Made by a program: the position numbers and the translations under genes. Below are positions 49,128-58,271 of a DNA stretch of 64,000 nt, piece by piece; position 1 is the stretch's first letter, and each line of letters opens with the position of its first letter. Below the pieces are notes generated by a model. That model ran no database searches, was not told the origin of the DNA, and saw only the letters and a list, made by a program, of their open reading frames with translations. The DNA lies in NCBI GenBank assembly GCA_001314545.1, contig LIHN01000019.1, forward strand, positions 128,150-192,149, in the 5' to 3' direction. Source of the stretch: Bacteroidetes bacterium HLUCCA01. Its GTDB lineage: Bacteria; Bacteroidota; Rhodothermia; Balneolales; HLUCCA01.

Positions 49128-49670
49128 TCAGGACGCTGTAATCCACTCCATAACCCGGTTGGTCCGGGAAGCTGAAACTCCGGTACTTACACAGGCGTTC
49201 GTGCCGGCGTGAAGGTCTTGAACAATGGCCTCAATGAGGGGTTGTTGAATGTGTGAAGGTCGTTCAAAATCATAGCGCTGTATCTGACCGCCGTTTTTGG
49301 CAACGTCCACGTAAGAACCGTGATAGGTGCGGGCCATGGGTTTTTCAACATAAATCGGGTACCCTGCCCGGGCTGCCAGCCCGGTTAATTCCGCATGGGA
49401 AGACGGCGGCGTTGCGATGTAGACTGCATTGACTTCCGAATCTGCAAGCAAATCCTCTGCCCGGGAATACCAGCGTGAAATTCCATGTCGCTCAGCGTAA
49501 TCCTGAGCCATTCGGGCGTTCCGCCGCATCACGGCGACGATCCCGGAGCCTGGAACCCGTTGCATCGCAGGGGCACTTTTGACTTCGCATACATTTCCTG
49601 CACCGATAATTCCCCATCGCACTGCGTTCATAACACTTTCTTTGTTTAGTTCATCGGTTGGCATTTCCAA
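49128..49670 (-). CDS. Gfo/Idh/MocA-family oxidoreductase, abnormally short (possible in-frame deletion remnant)
   Basis: N-terminal Rossmann part ([34 protein letters not shown]) joins directly to a family-typical C-terminal tail (..[32 protein letters not shown]). 167-180 aa versus about 330 aa as I recall for this family. Confidence 0.6.
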   Translation of the reverse strand: MEMPTDELNKESVMNAVRWGIIGAGNVCEVKSAPAMQRVPGSGIVAVMRRNARMAQDYAERHGISRWYSRAEDLLADSEVNAVYIATPPSSHAELTGLAARAGYPIYVEKPMARTYHGSYVDVAKNGGQIQRYDFERPSHIQQPLIEAIVQDLHAGTNACVSTGVSASRTNRVMEWITAS

Positions 49671-49676
49671 CTGTAA

Positions 49677-50723
49677 TTATTCGGCTTGCAGCAGCCAGGC
49701 CAGCGGATTCACACCGTCCGGTCTCCAGTCTGCCGGGGGTCTTTGTGCCTGCATCAGCGGTGTTGCGTTTTCACCATACACTTCCTGCAGTGCATCGGCA
49801 AAGGTTAACCGGGGCGCGTGAATGTCCCGTGCCGGTTGCCAGTAAACAATTTCGGGATGATCAGGCACCGCAAACCCTTCCTGTACGAGGTGGGTGCCCA
49901 GAACCACACTGGGGATGCCTGCGGCGTCGTTATAGGCTTTGCGAAACCGGACCAACGGTCCCGGATTGGTTAATTCTCGATTCACCTGCAGCCATCGGTC
50001 TGCCTCGTCCCGGAGTTTTTCAGCGACCTGCTCAAGCGGGATGTTGGAATACACGATGGCAACCGACCGGCAACCTTTTCCATCGTAACGAAGTATACCC
50101 TCTACCAGATCGGGCAGACAGGAATCGTCCCACTGCGCGAGGTAGGCTACCGAAAAATGCGCTGTACGGGGCAACACGCTTGCTTTCTGACGGATTATTC
50201 CCATTGCTGCCATTCGATCTGTCACTGCTTGCAGGTTATCCGGGGAGCCGGCAAACGTCCAGCGACTAAACGCCGCACCCTGATAGCCGGCAAGATCTGT
50301 GGATATCTGCACGGGAATTTGAGGATGAAGCTGGCGGAGAACATTGAAGAATGAAGTAATCAGCCAGGGATCTTTGCGCGAGAGTTTGCCTGCGTATCCC
50401 GCACCGGATAGCAGTACGGCAAGTACATCCTGAAAACCGACCAGCGGCAGGTTACCGGCATGCAAGCATAAGACAATGTCTTTGCGCGGGGATATGTCCG
50501 GATGCGACAGACTGTCATCAAGCCACCTTCGCAGAGCACTCTGCCTTAACGATGCGCTCAGGTGGTCAACGGCGAAGTGCACATCAGCCTGAGGGAACAG
50601 TCGGTCTTCAATGGTTTTGTGTATTGCTTCATGCAGTGGAGCCATTGGTCGGGACCGGCCTTCAAGCCACTGTTCCAGCGCGTCTTCCACCTGTTTCAAC
50701 CGATTTTCAAGGAACCTGTTCAA
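49677..50723 (-). CDS. LuxC-like acyl-CoA (acyl-protein) reductase family protein
   Basis: 348 aa. HAGNLPLVGFQDVLAVLLSG resembles the Bacteroidota acyl-CoA reductase family. 4-nt overlap with the upstream LuxE-like gene. Confidence 0.7.
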   Translation of the reverse strand: MNRFLENRLKQVEDALEQWLEGRSRPMAPLHEAIHKTIEDRLFPQADVHFAVDHLSASLRQSALRRWLDDSLSHPDISPRKDIVLCLHAGNLPLVGFQDVLAVLLSGAGYAGKLSRKDPWLITSFFNVLRQLHPQIPVQISTDLAGYQGAAFSRWTFAGSPDNLQAVTDRMAAMGIIRQKASVLPRTAHFSVAYLAQWDDSCLPDLVEGILRYDGKGCRSVAIVYSNIPLEQVAEKLRDEADRWLQVNRELTNPGPLVRFRKAYNDAAGIPSVVLGTHLVQEGFAVPDHPEIVYWQPARDIHAPRLTFADALQEVYGENATPLMQAQRPPADWRPDGVNPLAWLLQAE

Positions 50724-51721
50724 AGCTCATCCTCCAGCAAAAAATTACATCCCCTCAAATGGTACTTGCTCCACCGACCCAGCACCTGAAATGCTCCGTC
50801 AGCCCGCTGCACACCGCGATCGCCGGTCAGCAGAAACGGGCAGGAAGCCCAATTCGCAAGGTCAATGATCCCGATTAACCCCTGTTCACCATATGGCAGG
50901 GTCTCCAGTGGATTAAACGGATTGCGAATACTAACCTGCACCCAGGGCGGAGACACAAACCAGCTGTCGCCCTGTGCATAGCACTGCGAGAGCAGCTCCG
51001 TCATTCCGTATTCTGAATGAACTGCTTCCAGAGGTATACCAAATCCGTCGGCCAGTATCTGATGCATAGCTGTGCGCGACATCTCCCGGCGGAAGGTTTT
51101 CATCCCCCCGGTTTCCATGATAATGCTCCCCTGGGGCAGCAAAACCGGATGTCGCTCTGCCAGATCAACAAGCCCGAAGGCCGCGCCAAACAGCAATACG
51201 GACTTCTCCGTGTCTTCGATGGCAGCAAGCAATCCGGCTGTGATAGGTTGTCCTACGGGTAGGAACGCACTTAGCCCGGTAGTGTCGTGGCGGATCAGTT
51301 CATTGATCATCCAGATCAGTGAGCTGTCCGGATTGTCATTGTAGCCGGGTGTATACCCAAGAACCACCATATTTTCGATGGGATAAAACTGTTGTATACC
51401 CTGCATGATTGCCTGCCGGTACACATTTTCGTAGGCCACTTCATGGCGTGAACGAACCATTCCGGTAGTTCCGCTGCTTTGAAAATACAGCTCGGGCGGA
51501 TGATCTCCGGCAGCGTAGAGGCGGGTATCACGAAATGCTTCAACCGGCAATAACGGGACCTCGGCAGCACGCATCCCTGTCAGCGACGCAGCATCATAGC
51601 CGATATTTTCACTAAATCTCCTGTAAACAGGATTTTGGGACCACTGCCATTTCAGGATTTCACGCAAATCCGATTCAAATGTATTTTCTGTGGTAAATAT
51701 GGAAACAAATTTTTCAAGCAT
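50720..51721 (-). CDS. LuxE/PaaK-like acyl-protein synthetase (adenylate-forming) family protein
   Basis: AMP-binding-like FQSSGTTGMVRSRH. Start taken at MLEKFVSIF (51721). The 129-codon upstream extension to 52108 runs into the divergent macA-like gene and looks non-coding. Confidence 0.7.
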   Translation of the reverse strand: MLEKFVSIFTTENTFESDLREILKWQWSQNPVYRRFSENIGYDAASLTGMRAAEVPLLPVEAFRDTRLYAAGDHPPELYFQSSGTTGMVRSRHEVAYENVYRQAIMQGIQQFYPIENMVVLGYTPGYNDNPDSSLIWMINELIRHDTTGLSAFLPVGQPITAGLLAAIEDTEKSVLLFGAAFGLVDLAERHPVLLPQGSIIMETGGMKTFRREMSRTAMHQILADGFGIPLEAVHSEYGMTELLSQCYAQGDSWFVSPPWVQVSIRNPFNPLETLPYGEQGLIGIIDLANWASCPFLLTGDRGVQRADGAFQVLGRWSKYHLRGCNFLLEDEL

Positions 51722-51859
51722 ATCAACGAATATACGGTATAAAAAAAGTGGATTCAGCTCCGGCAATGAGTGGTCAGTCCAACATTTCGTAACTAAGGCA
51801 ATCCCTCCGGCGTACAGAGGTTCATAGTTTACATTTACACAAATTAACCTATTTGGCGT

Positions 51860-52960
51860 ATGAGAAAGTGGATTGTGGCAATCATATTGGTTGGTATTGC
51901 AGGGGCCGGTGCTTATTGGTTTCTTGCCGGTAAAAATAAAAACACAGAACCTGAGACGGTAGCCAGCGTTACGGTCACTCGTGGATCTATCGTGGAAAAG
52001 GCACTGGCCGTAGGAACCATCGAGCCGGAGCATCAAATTGAAGTTAAATCCAAGGTTTCCGGTGTTGTACGACAGATATACGCCCAGCCCGGCACGTACG
52101 TGCGTCAAGGCGATCCGCTAATAGAAGTGCAACCCGACCCAACCCCGCTTGAGCTGGCTGAAGCCCGCAGAAATGTGGAGTTATCTGAAATTCAAGCCAA
52201 TACCATTGCCCAGAATATTCAGCGACAGGCTCAACTGCTGGAACGTGGCATGATTGCCCAGAGCGTCTATGAAGAATTGGAGAGACAGTACAACGATGCT
52301 TTGGTCCGGCTCCAGATGAACCGGGAACGACTTGAACTGCTTGAGTCAGGTCGGGTTACCATGGATGGCGTTGAAATCGAAAGTGTAATAAAAGCACCGA
52401 TATCCGGATATGTACTCGAACGGATGGTAGACATCGGCGATCCGGTTGTACCGCTTACTTCCTACCAGGCCGGTACAGCTCTGATGAGCATAGCCGATAT
52501 GGACGGACTCCTTTTCAAGGGAACCGTTGATGAAATTGATGTAGGTAAACTCACAGAGGGTATGCCGGTTGAACTTAAAATAGGTGCCCTGCCCGATACC
52601 CGTGTTACCGGGGTACTTCGAACTATTTCCCTAAAGGCAACCCGTCAGGACAATACCACCGTATTTCCCGTGGAGATTGATATTATTGATACCAACGGGG
52701 CTGTACTGCGAGCCGGATACTCGGCCAACGCAGATATCATCATCAAACAACTCGATGACATACTTCTGATACCGGAACGGGTTATTGTATTCCGTGATGA
52801 AGCGACCTACGTGGAAGTAGTTCTTGATCAAATCACCGGCGAAAGTGCTGAAACGCAGATTCAGACGGGCTCCAGCAATGCCGTTATGATTGAGGTGCGT
52901 GACGGTCTGGTGGAAGGCCAGCTCGTAAAAGAACGCCCCCAGCAATCGTTAACCCTGTAA
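51860..52960 (+). CDS. Efflux periplasmic adaptor subunit (MacA/HlyD family)
   Basis: N-terminal anchor, lipoyl/hairpin/beta-barrel layout. KSKVSGVVRQIYAQPGTYVRQGDPLIEV is typical of the family. Confidence 0.85.
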   Translation: MRKWIVAIILVGIAGAGAYWFLAGKNKNTEPETVASVTVTRGSIVEKALAVGTIEPEHQIEVKSKVSGVVRQIYAQPGTYVRQGDPLIEVQPDPTPLELAEARRNVELSEIQANTIAQNIQRQAQLLERGMIAQSVYEELERQYNDALVRLQMNRERLELLESGRVTMDGVEIESVIKAPISGYVLERMVDIGDPVVPLTSYQAGTALMSIADMDGLLFKGTVDEIDVGKLTEGMPVELKIGALPDTRVTGVLRTISLKATRQDNTTVFPVEIDIIDTNGAVLRAGYSANADIIIKQLDDILLIPERVIVFRDEATYVEVVLDQITGESAETQIQTGSSNAVMIEVRDGLVEGQLVKERPQQSLTL

Positions 52961-52972
52961 GCACGGCCCGTT

Positions 52973-54196
52973 ATGAATCTGCTGCGTGAATTCATAAATA
53001 ATATCAGCCAGCAACGACTTCGTACGTTTCTGACCGTTTTCGGGATTATGTGGGGCACGGCTACGTTGATTATTCTGCTGGCTTTCGGCATGGGTTTCCG
53101 TGAGCAAATGATGCTGAATTTTCGCGGTCTGGGCGACCGGATAGCCATCGTATTCAACGGAAACACATCAATAGCGCATGCAGGAATGGGTATTGGCAGA
53201 CGTGTGCAACTGTACGAGGAAGACGCACAGTACCTGCTGCAGGAAGTCCCCGGAATTGACGAGATTTCGCCGGAATATACCGGTTGGAATGAAACCATCC
53301 GCTATGGTTTGCGGCAAAATACTCCCGGTCTGGGTGGTGTGCATGTCAACTATTCTGAGATGAGAAACATTTATGCCCAGGAGGGTGGCCGATGGTTCAA
53401 CCCCCTTGATATACAGGAGCGAAGAAGGGTAATTTTTCTGGGTGATCGTCTGGCTCAACTCTTATTTGAACAGGAGAATCCGGTAGGTAAAACCGTAATG
53501 GTTGGTCCCCGACCCTTCCTGGTTATCGGTGTTATGCAGCCCAAGTTGCAGAACTCCTCCTACAGCGCACGCGATGAAAGCAGAGCCTTCATCCCCGCCA
53601 GTACCTTCAGCACACTCTACGGTACAAACAGAATCAACAATCTCATCTATACGGTCGACTCGCCCGTTTTGGCTGAACAGGTTAAAGAAGAAGTTCGCAG
53701 GGCTCTTGCACAAAAACACCGCTACAGCCCCGAAGACCAGGACGCCACCCCTATCTGGGATACCAATGAAACCTGGGAATTCTTTTATTACTTCTTCCTG
53801 GCCTTTAATGCATTTCTGGGTATCATCGGTTTCTTCACCCTGGCTGTCGGGGGAATTGGCGTAGCAAACATCATGTTTGTAGTTGTTCAGGAGCGAACCC
53901 GCGAAATCGGAATCCGAAGAGCGAACGGTGCCAAACGATCTGCCATCATGGTCCAGTTTTTTACCGAAAGCTTTCTCATTGTAGGAATGGGTGCGGCACT
54001 TGGCTACGGCATAGGGTGGGCATTGGTTCAGCTCTTGCAAGATAATCCGATCCAGGAATTTGTAGGTTCACCGATTTTTTCTGCTGCTGTGGGCCTGATC
54101 GCATTCGGTGTGCTGTCACTTATTGGGTTGGTAGCCGGTTTTCTGCCGGCCATGCGGGCATCACGACTTAACATTGTAGATTGTTTGAGGAATTGA
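52973..54196 (+). CDS. ABC transporter permease, MacB-like (MacB_PCD plus FtsX domains)
   Basis: TM1, then a roughly 230-aa periplasmic domain, then three C-terminal TM helices with REIGIRRANGA. Confidence 0.85.
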   Translation: MNLLREFINNISQQRLRTFLTVFGIMWGTATLIILLAFGMGFREQMMLNFRGLGDRIAIVFNGNTSIAHAGMGIGRRVQLYEEDAQYLLQEVPGIDEISPEYTGWNETIRYGLRQNTPGLGGVHVNYSEMRNIYAQEGGRWFNPLDIQERRRVIFLGDRLAQLLFEQENPVGKTVMVGPRPFLVIGVMQPKLQNSSYSARDESRAFIPASTFSTLYGTNRINNLIYTVDSPVLAEQVKEEVRRALAQKHRYSPEDQDATPIWDTNETWEFFYYFFLAFNAFLGIIGFFTLAVGGIGVANIMFVVVQERTREIGIRRANGAKRSAIMVQFFTESFLIVGMGAALGYGIGWALVQLLQDNPIQEFVGSPIFSAAVGLIAFGVLSLIGLVAGFLPAMRASRLNIVDCLRN

Positions 54197-54199
54197 TTT

Positions 54200-55444
54200 A
54201 TGTGGCGCATATTGCTTGTTGAATTTTTCCAGGATCTACGAAACCAGAAACTTCGGGCTTTCTTAACGATTCTCGCGATTTCCTGGGGCACCTTCGCCGT
54301 TATTCTGCTGCTGGCATTCGGTCAGGGTGTAAGCCAAAAAATGCTGGAGGGAATGCTCGGTGCCGGCAACCAGGTAATGGTGGTATATGCGGGCCAGACT
54401 TCGATCAACTATGACGGACTGGGTATAGGCAGACGCATCCGGTTCACCGAAGATGACATCAGCCTGCTAGAGCAGAGTGTACCATACATTGATTTCATCA
54501 GCCCGCAGTACGGCAGATATGGAATGAACCTCCGTACTGCTGATGCAACAACCAACACCTTCGGGGAGGGTGTAAATCCGGATTTTGAATTCATGCGGTC
54601 TATGTATCCTGCGGCTGGCGGGCGGTTCATCAATGCCCTGGACGTCGCCGAGCAGCGAAGGGTCGTGTTTTTGGGAAACGAAATAGCTGAGCGACTTTTC
54701 CCACGCGGTGATGCCGTTGGAAATACGGTGATGCTTGACGGCACACCCTTCACAGTAGTCGGGGTCATGCAGGCCAAGATGCAGACTTCCATGAATAACG
54801 GTCCGGACGCCAACCGGGCAGTTATTCCTTACACCACGTTCCGGAATATGTACGCTACGCGGTATCTGGGCTCCATTTTAATTCGTCCTACCGATCCGTC
54901 AAAACAGCTGGTTGTCAAAGATGAGGTCATCAGGGTGCTATCGCGAAAATACAATTTTGATTCCACTGACCCGGAAGCTGTTAACGTGTGGGATTTCATT
55001 GAAATGGAACGCATGAACCGCATGGTTGGAAAAGGTATTACCCTGTTCATGTTTGCTATCGGATTCTTTACCCTGCTTATTGCCGGTGTTGGTGTGTCTA
55101 ATATCATGTACGTTCTGGTTAAAGAGCGTACCCGGGAAATTGGGATCAAAAAGGCTATGGGCGCTCGTAACCGTCACATTACTATGCAATTTATTACCGA
55201 GAGTCTTTTAATTTCGTTTATTGGAGGAGGCCTGGGCATTGCTGCGGCAACCTCCCTGATAAACGGGGTTCTTGCGCTCAATCTAACCGAGGGTGCCGGG
55301 GAGTTTCTGGGGCAACCCGTACTTTCGCTCAGTGTGGTTGCCATTACCGTGGGCGTTCTTTCAGTGATAGGATTTATAGCCGGGGTTTTCCCTGCGCGCA
55401 AAGCTGCAAAACTGGAACCCGTAGAGTCGCTCAGATACGAGTAA
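54200..55444 (+). CDS. ABC transporter permease, MacB-like (second paralogue)
   Basis: Same architecture as the previous gene, with REIGIKKAMGA and a C-terminal ..PARKAAKLEPVESLRYE. Confidence 0.85.
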   Translation: MWRILLVEFFQDLRNQKLRAFLTILAISWGTFAVILLLAFGQGVSQKMLEGMLGAGNQVMVVYAGQTSINYDGLGIGRRIRFTEDDISLLEQSVPYIDFISPQYGRYGMNLRTADATTNTFGEGVNPDFEFMRSMYPAAGGRFINALDVAEQRRVVFLGNEIAERLFPRGDAVGNTVMLDGTPFTVVGVMQAKMQTSMNNGPDANRAVIPYTTFRNMYATRYLGSILIRPTDPSKQLVVKDEVIRVLSRKYNFDSTDPEAVNVWDFIEMERMNRMVGKGITLFMFAIGFFTLLIAGVGVSNIMYVLVKERTREIGIKKAMGARNRHITMQFITESLLISFIGGGLGIAAATSLINGVLALNLTEGAGEFLGQPVLSLSVVAITVGVLSVIGFIAGVFPARKAAKLEPVESLRYE

Positions 55445-55462
55445 AGCCTCCCGGGACGACCG

Positions 55463-56617
55463 GTGTTGCGAGGTCTACCTGCATTTTGCGTATTTTATCG
55501 GATTGTAAGCGTAATCCGTACCATCCATCACGATACCTTGAAATCACTTCTCCGGTTAGACGCCATATCTACATCCTACGGCAACACCAGGGTTCTCAAT
55601 GACATCGACATCGATGTAAAGGAGGGCGAATTTTTCTTCCTTTTAGGTCCCAGCGGATGTGGAAAAACCACACTGCTTCGCATTTTATCGGGGCTGATGC
55701 ATCCCGATGAAGGTACGGTGTGGCTCGGTGGAAAAGACATAACCCGGTTGCCGGCCCATCAGCGGGATATCAACACCGTGTTCCAAAATTACGCGCTGTT
55801 TCCGCATCTGAATGTGTATGATAACGTGGCATTCGGTCTGCGAATGAAAAAGCGCAGCGAGCCCGAAATACGCTCCAAGGTTGAGGAGGCATTGCGGTTG
55901 GTAAGCCTGCCCGATTTTGGGAAACGCATGCCTACACAGATGAGCGGCGGACAAATGCAGCGGGTTGCACTGGCACGGGCTATTGTCAATGAACCCGCAG
56001 TATTACTGCTGGATGAGCCCCTGGGTGCATTGGATGTAAAGCTGCGAAAACAGATGCAATTTGAGCTCAAACAGCTCCAGCGCAAACTGGGCACAACATT
56101 TATCTGCGTCACGCACGACCAGGACGAGGCTATGACGCTCGGTGATCGCATCGCGGTAATGAACCATGGCCGGTTTGAGCAAATTGCCGATGCACATACC
56201 CTTTACAACCAACCTGCATCCCACTTTGTCTGCGACTTCCTGGGAGATTGTAATTTCCTGCAGGCTGTGGTTAACGGAAGGGTTGACGACAAACTCAGCC
56301 TGACTGCGGAGGGTAATCCTATCAGCGCTTCTGCCCCGCAGACCACCCCTTCAGGAGCCTGCATTATTGGAGTCCGTCCTGAAAAAATAAGCCTTGACGG
56401 CAGCAGAGAGAACCGGGTTGAAGCTAGCGTGGAGCAAGTCGTTTTTACCGGAAGTCATTACACCGTAATCGCCAAAACTTCCCGGGGCACCTCCCTATCC
56501 TGCAGAATGTTCAATGATCGTCCGTCTGCACTGCCGGAAACGGGTCAGGCGATAACCCTCAGCTGGCATCACACTGACACCATAGTCTTGCCACCCAATC
56601 TCTCGCAATCACAGTGA
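55463..56617 (+). CDS. potA: Spermidine/putrescine-type ABC transporter ATP-binding protein (PotA-like, with TOBE-like C-terminus)
   Basis: Walker A GPSGCGKTT, signature MSGGQMQRVALARA, Walker B LLLDEP. The maximal ORF starts at GTG 55463; a more plausible start is TTG 55538 (MKSLLRLDAIS..). Confidence 0.85.
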   Translation: MLRGLPAFCVFYRIVSVIRTIHHDTLKSLLRLDAISTSYGNTRVLNDIDIDVKEGEFFFLLGPSGCGKTTLLRILSGLMHPDEGTVWLGGKDITRLPAHQRDINTVFQNYALFPHLNVYDNVAFGLRMKKRSEPEIRSKVEEALRLVSLPDFGKRMPTQMSGGQMQRVALARAIVNEPAVLLLDEPLGALDVKLRKQMQFELKQLQRKLGTTFICVTHDQDEAMTLGDRIAVMNHGRFEQIADAHTLYNQPASHFVCDFLGDCNFLQAVVNGRVDDKLSLTAEGNPISASAPQTTPSGACIIGVRPEKISLDGSRENRVEASVEQVVFTGSHYTVIAKTSRGTSLSCRMFNDRPSALPETGQAITLSWHHTDTIVLPPNLSQSQ

Positions 56618-57471
56618 CCACGTACCGTAAATATAGCACCCTGGCACCACCAGCCCTGTGGCTCGGTGTATTTTTTGTAGTGCCCCTGCTGGTAATATTC
56701 GTGTACAGTTTCTTCCAGCGAGGCGATTATGGGGAGATAATCTACGCATTCACCCTGGATAACTACCTGCGGGCGATGGACCCCTTGTATGCCGGAACAC
56801 TGATTGCCTCAGTCAGGATTGCACTTATCGCAACTGTGCTCTGCCTGATTTTAGGATATCCCCTGGCCTGGTACATCGCCCGACAGACACCCTCCCTGAA
56901 AAAAATACTGCTGGCACTGTTGATTATTCCCTTCTGGACTAACTTTCTGGTGCGGACCTATGCCTGGATTTTCATACTGCGAACCGAAGGGTTGCTGAAC
57001 AATACCCTGTTGTCACTGGGTATCATCGATGCACCTTTAGAGATTCTCTTCACACAAACAGCGGTCATCATCGGGCTGGTGTACACCTACCTCCCATTTA
57101 TGGTTCTTCCCATTTATGTAAGTATTGAAAAACTTGACAGGGCACTATTCGATGCCAGCAGGGATCTGGGAGCTACCGCCTGGCAATCCTTCAGAAGGGT
57201 TATGCTGCCTCTGACAAGGCCGGGAATCATATCGGGCAGTATCCTGGTATTTGTTCCATGTCTGGGTGCCTACATTACACCAGATCTGCTGGGAGGGGCC
57301 AAAAGTCTGATGGTCGGGAATCTGATACAGATTCAGTTTCTGGCAGCCCGCGACTGGCCCTTCGGTGCAGCCCTTTCCTTCATAGTAATGGCGATTGTAC
57401 TGGTACTGCTCCTGGTATACGCACGATGGGGAACCATCAACGTTCAATCCGAACCCGGGGACTCCACATGA
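56614..57471 (+). CDS. potB: Polyamine ABC transporter permease (PotB-like)
   Basis: 6 TM with an EAA-loop region (DASRDLGATAWQSFRRVMLPLTRPG). GTGA overlap with potA. Confidence 0.85.
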   Translation: MTTYRKYSTLAPPALWLGVFFVVPLLVIFVYSFFQRGDYGEIIYAFTLDNYLRAMDPLYAGTLIASVRIALIATVLCLILGYPLAWYIARQTPSLKKILLALLIIPFWTNFLVRTYAWIFILRTEGLLNNTLLSLGIIDAPLEILFTQTAVIIGLVYTYLPFMVLPIYVSIEKLDRALFDASRDLGATAWQSFRRVMLPLTRPGIISGSILVFVPCLGAYITPDLLGGAKSLMVGNLIQIQFLAARDWPFGAALSFIVMAIVLVLLLVYARWGTINVQSEPGDST

Positions 57472-58271
57472 AACGTTACAATGCTGCCGGAATACTCCAA
57501 ACCTTGCATGCCTGGGGCGTTTATGCGTTCATCTACGCTCCAATTTTGGTTCTGATTGTTTTCTCCTTCAATCAGGAAAGAATCAACGCCGTATGGTCGG
57601 GTTTTACCCTGGACTGGTACCTGAAACTGGTTTCAGATACCGATTTAATGGATAGCGTTCTAAACAGCGTGATAGTTGGCCTGAGTTCAACCGCCATTGC
57701 CACCATTTTGGGTACCATGGCCGCACTCGCCATGCATCGGTACTACTTTTGGGGGAAGAAAATCATGGATGCGGTACTGTACCTGCCGATTGTGATACCG
57801 GAGATTGTGATGGCTGTATCTCTGCTTACCTTTTATGTATTCATTCAGCTCACTCTGGGATTGGTTTCCGTGATCATAGCCCACGTGACCTTCAATATCG
57901 CCTTTGTATTTGTGATTGTTCAGGCGAGGCTGGCCGGCATGGATGCTCACCTGGAACATGCGGCCGCAGATCTGGGCGCAACGCCCTGGCAGGTATTCCG
58001 CCACGTGACCCTGCCTTATATTGCCCCCGGTGTACTCAGTGGCGCCCTGCTGGCCTTCACCATTTCATGGGACGATTTCATGATTGCTTTCTTCACCGCG
58101 GGTGTTGGCGGAACCACGCTACCCATGCAGGTGTATTCCATGATAAAATTTGGTGTATCGCCTGAAATCAATGCCATATCAACCATAACTATACTGTTTA
58201 CGATGTTGCTTATCCTTCTGGCTGTTCGGCTTGAGGGTATTTTCAAAACAGTCAAAACTATCGGAACATGA
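57468..58271 (+). CDS. potC: Polyamine ABC transporter permease (PotC-like)
   Basis: Start at MKRYNAAG (ATGA overlap with the potB stop). EAA loop AAADLGATPWQVFRHVTLPYIAPG. The upstream 70 codons of the maximal ORF overlap potB. Confidence 0.85.
   Translation: MKRYNAAGILQTLHAWGVYAFIYAPILVLIVFSFNQERINAVWSGFTLDWYLKLVSDTDLMDSVLNSVIVGLSSTAIATILGTMAALAMHRYYFWGKKIMDAVLYLPIVIPEIVMAVSLLTFYVFIQLTLGLVSVIIAHVTFNIAFVFVIVQARLAGMDAHLEHAAADLGATPWQVFRHVTLPYIAPGVLSGALLAFTISWDDFMIAFFTAGVGGTTLPMQVYSMIKFGVSPEINAISTITILFTMLLILLAVRLEGIFKTVKTIGT

Noticed and set aside
51722-52108. 129-codon N-terminal extension of the LuxE-like ORF
   Set aside because: The extension has odd composition and runs through the divergent promoter into the macA-like coding region. 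The conserved family N-terminus begins at MLEKFVSIF (51721).
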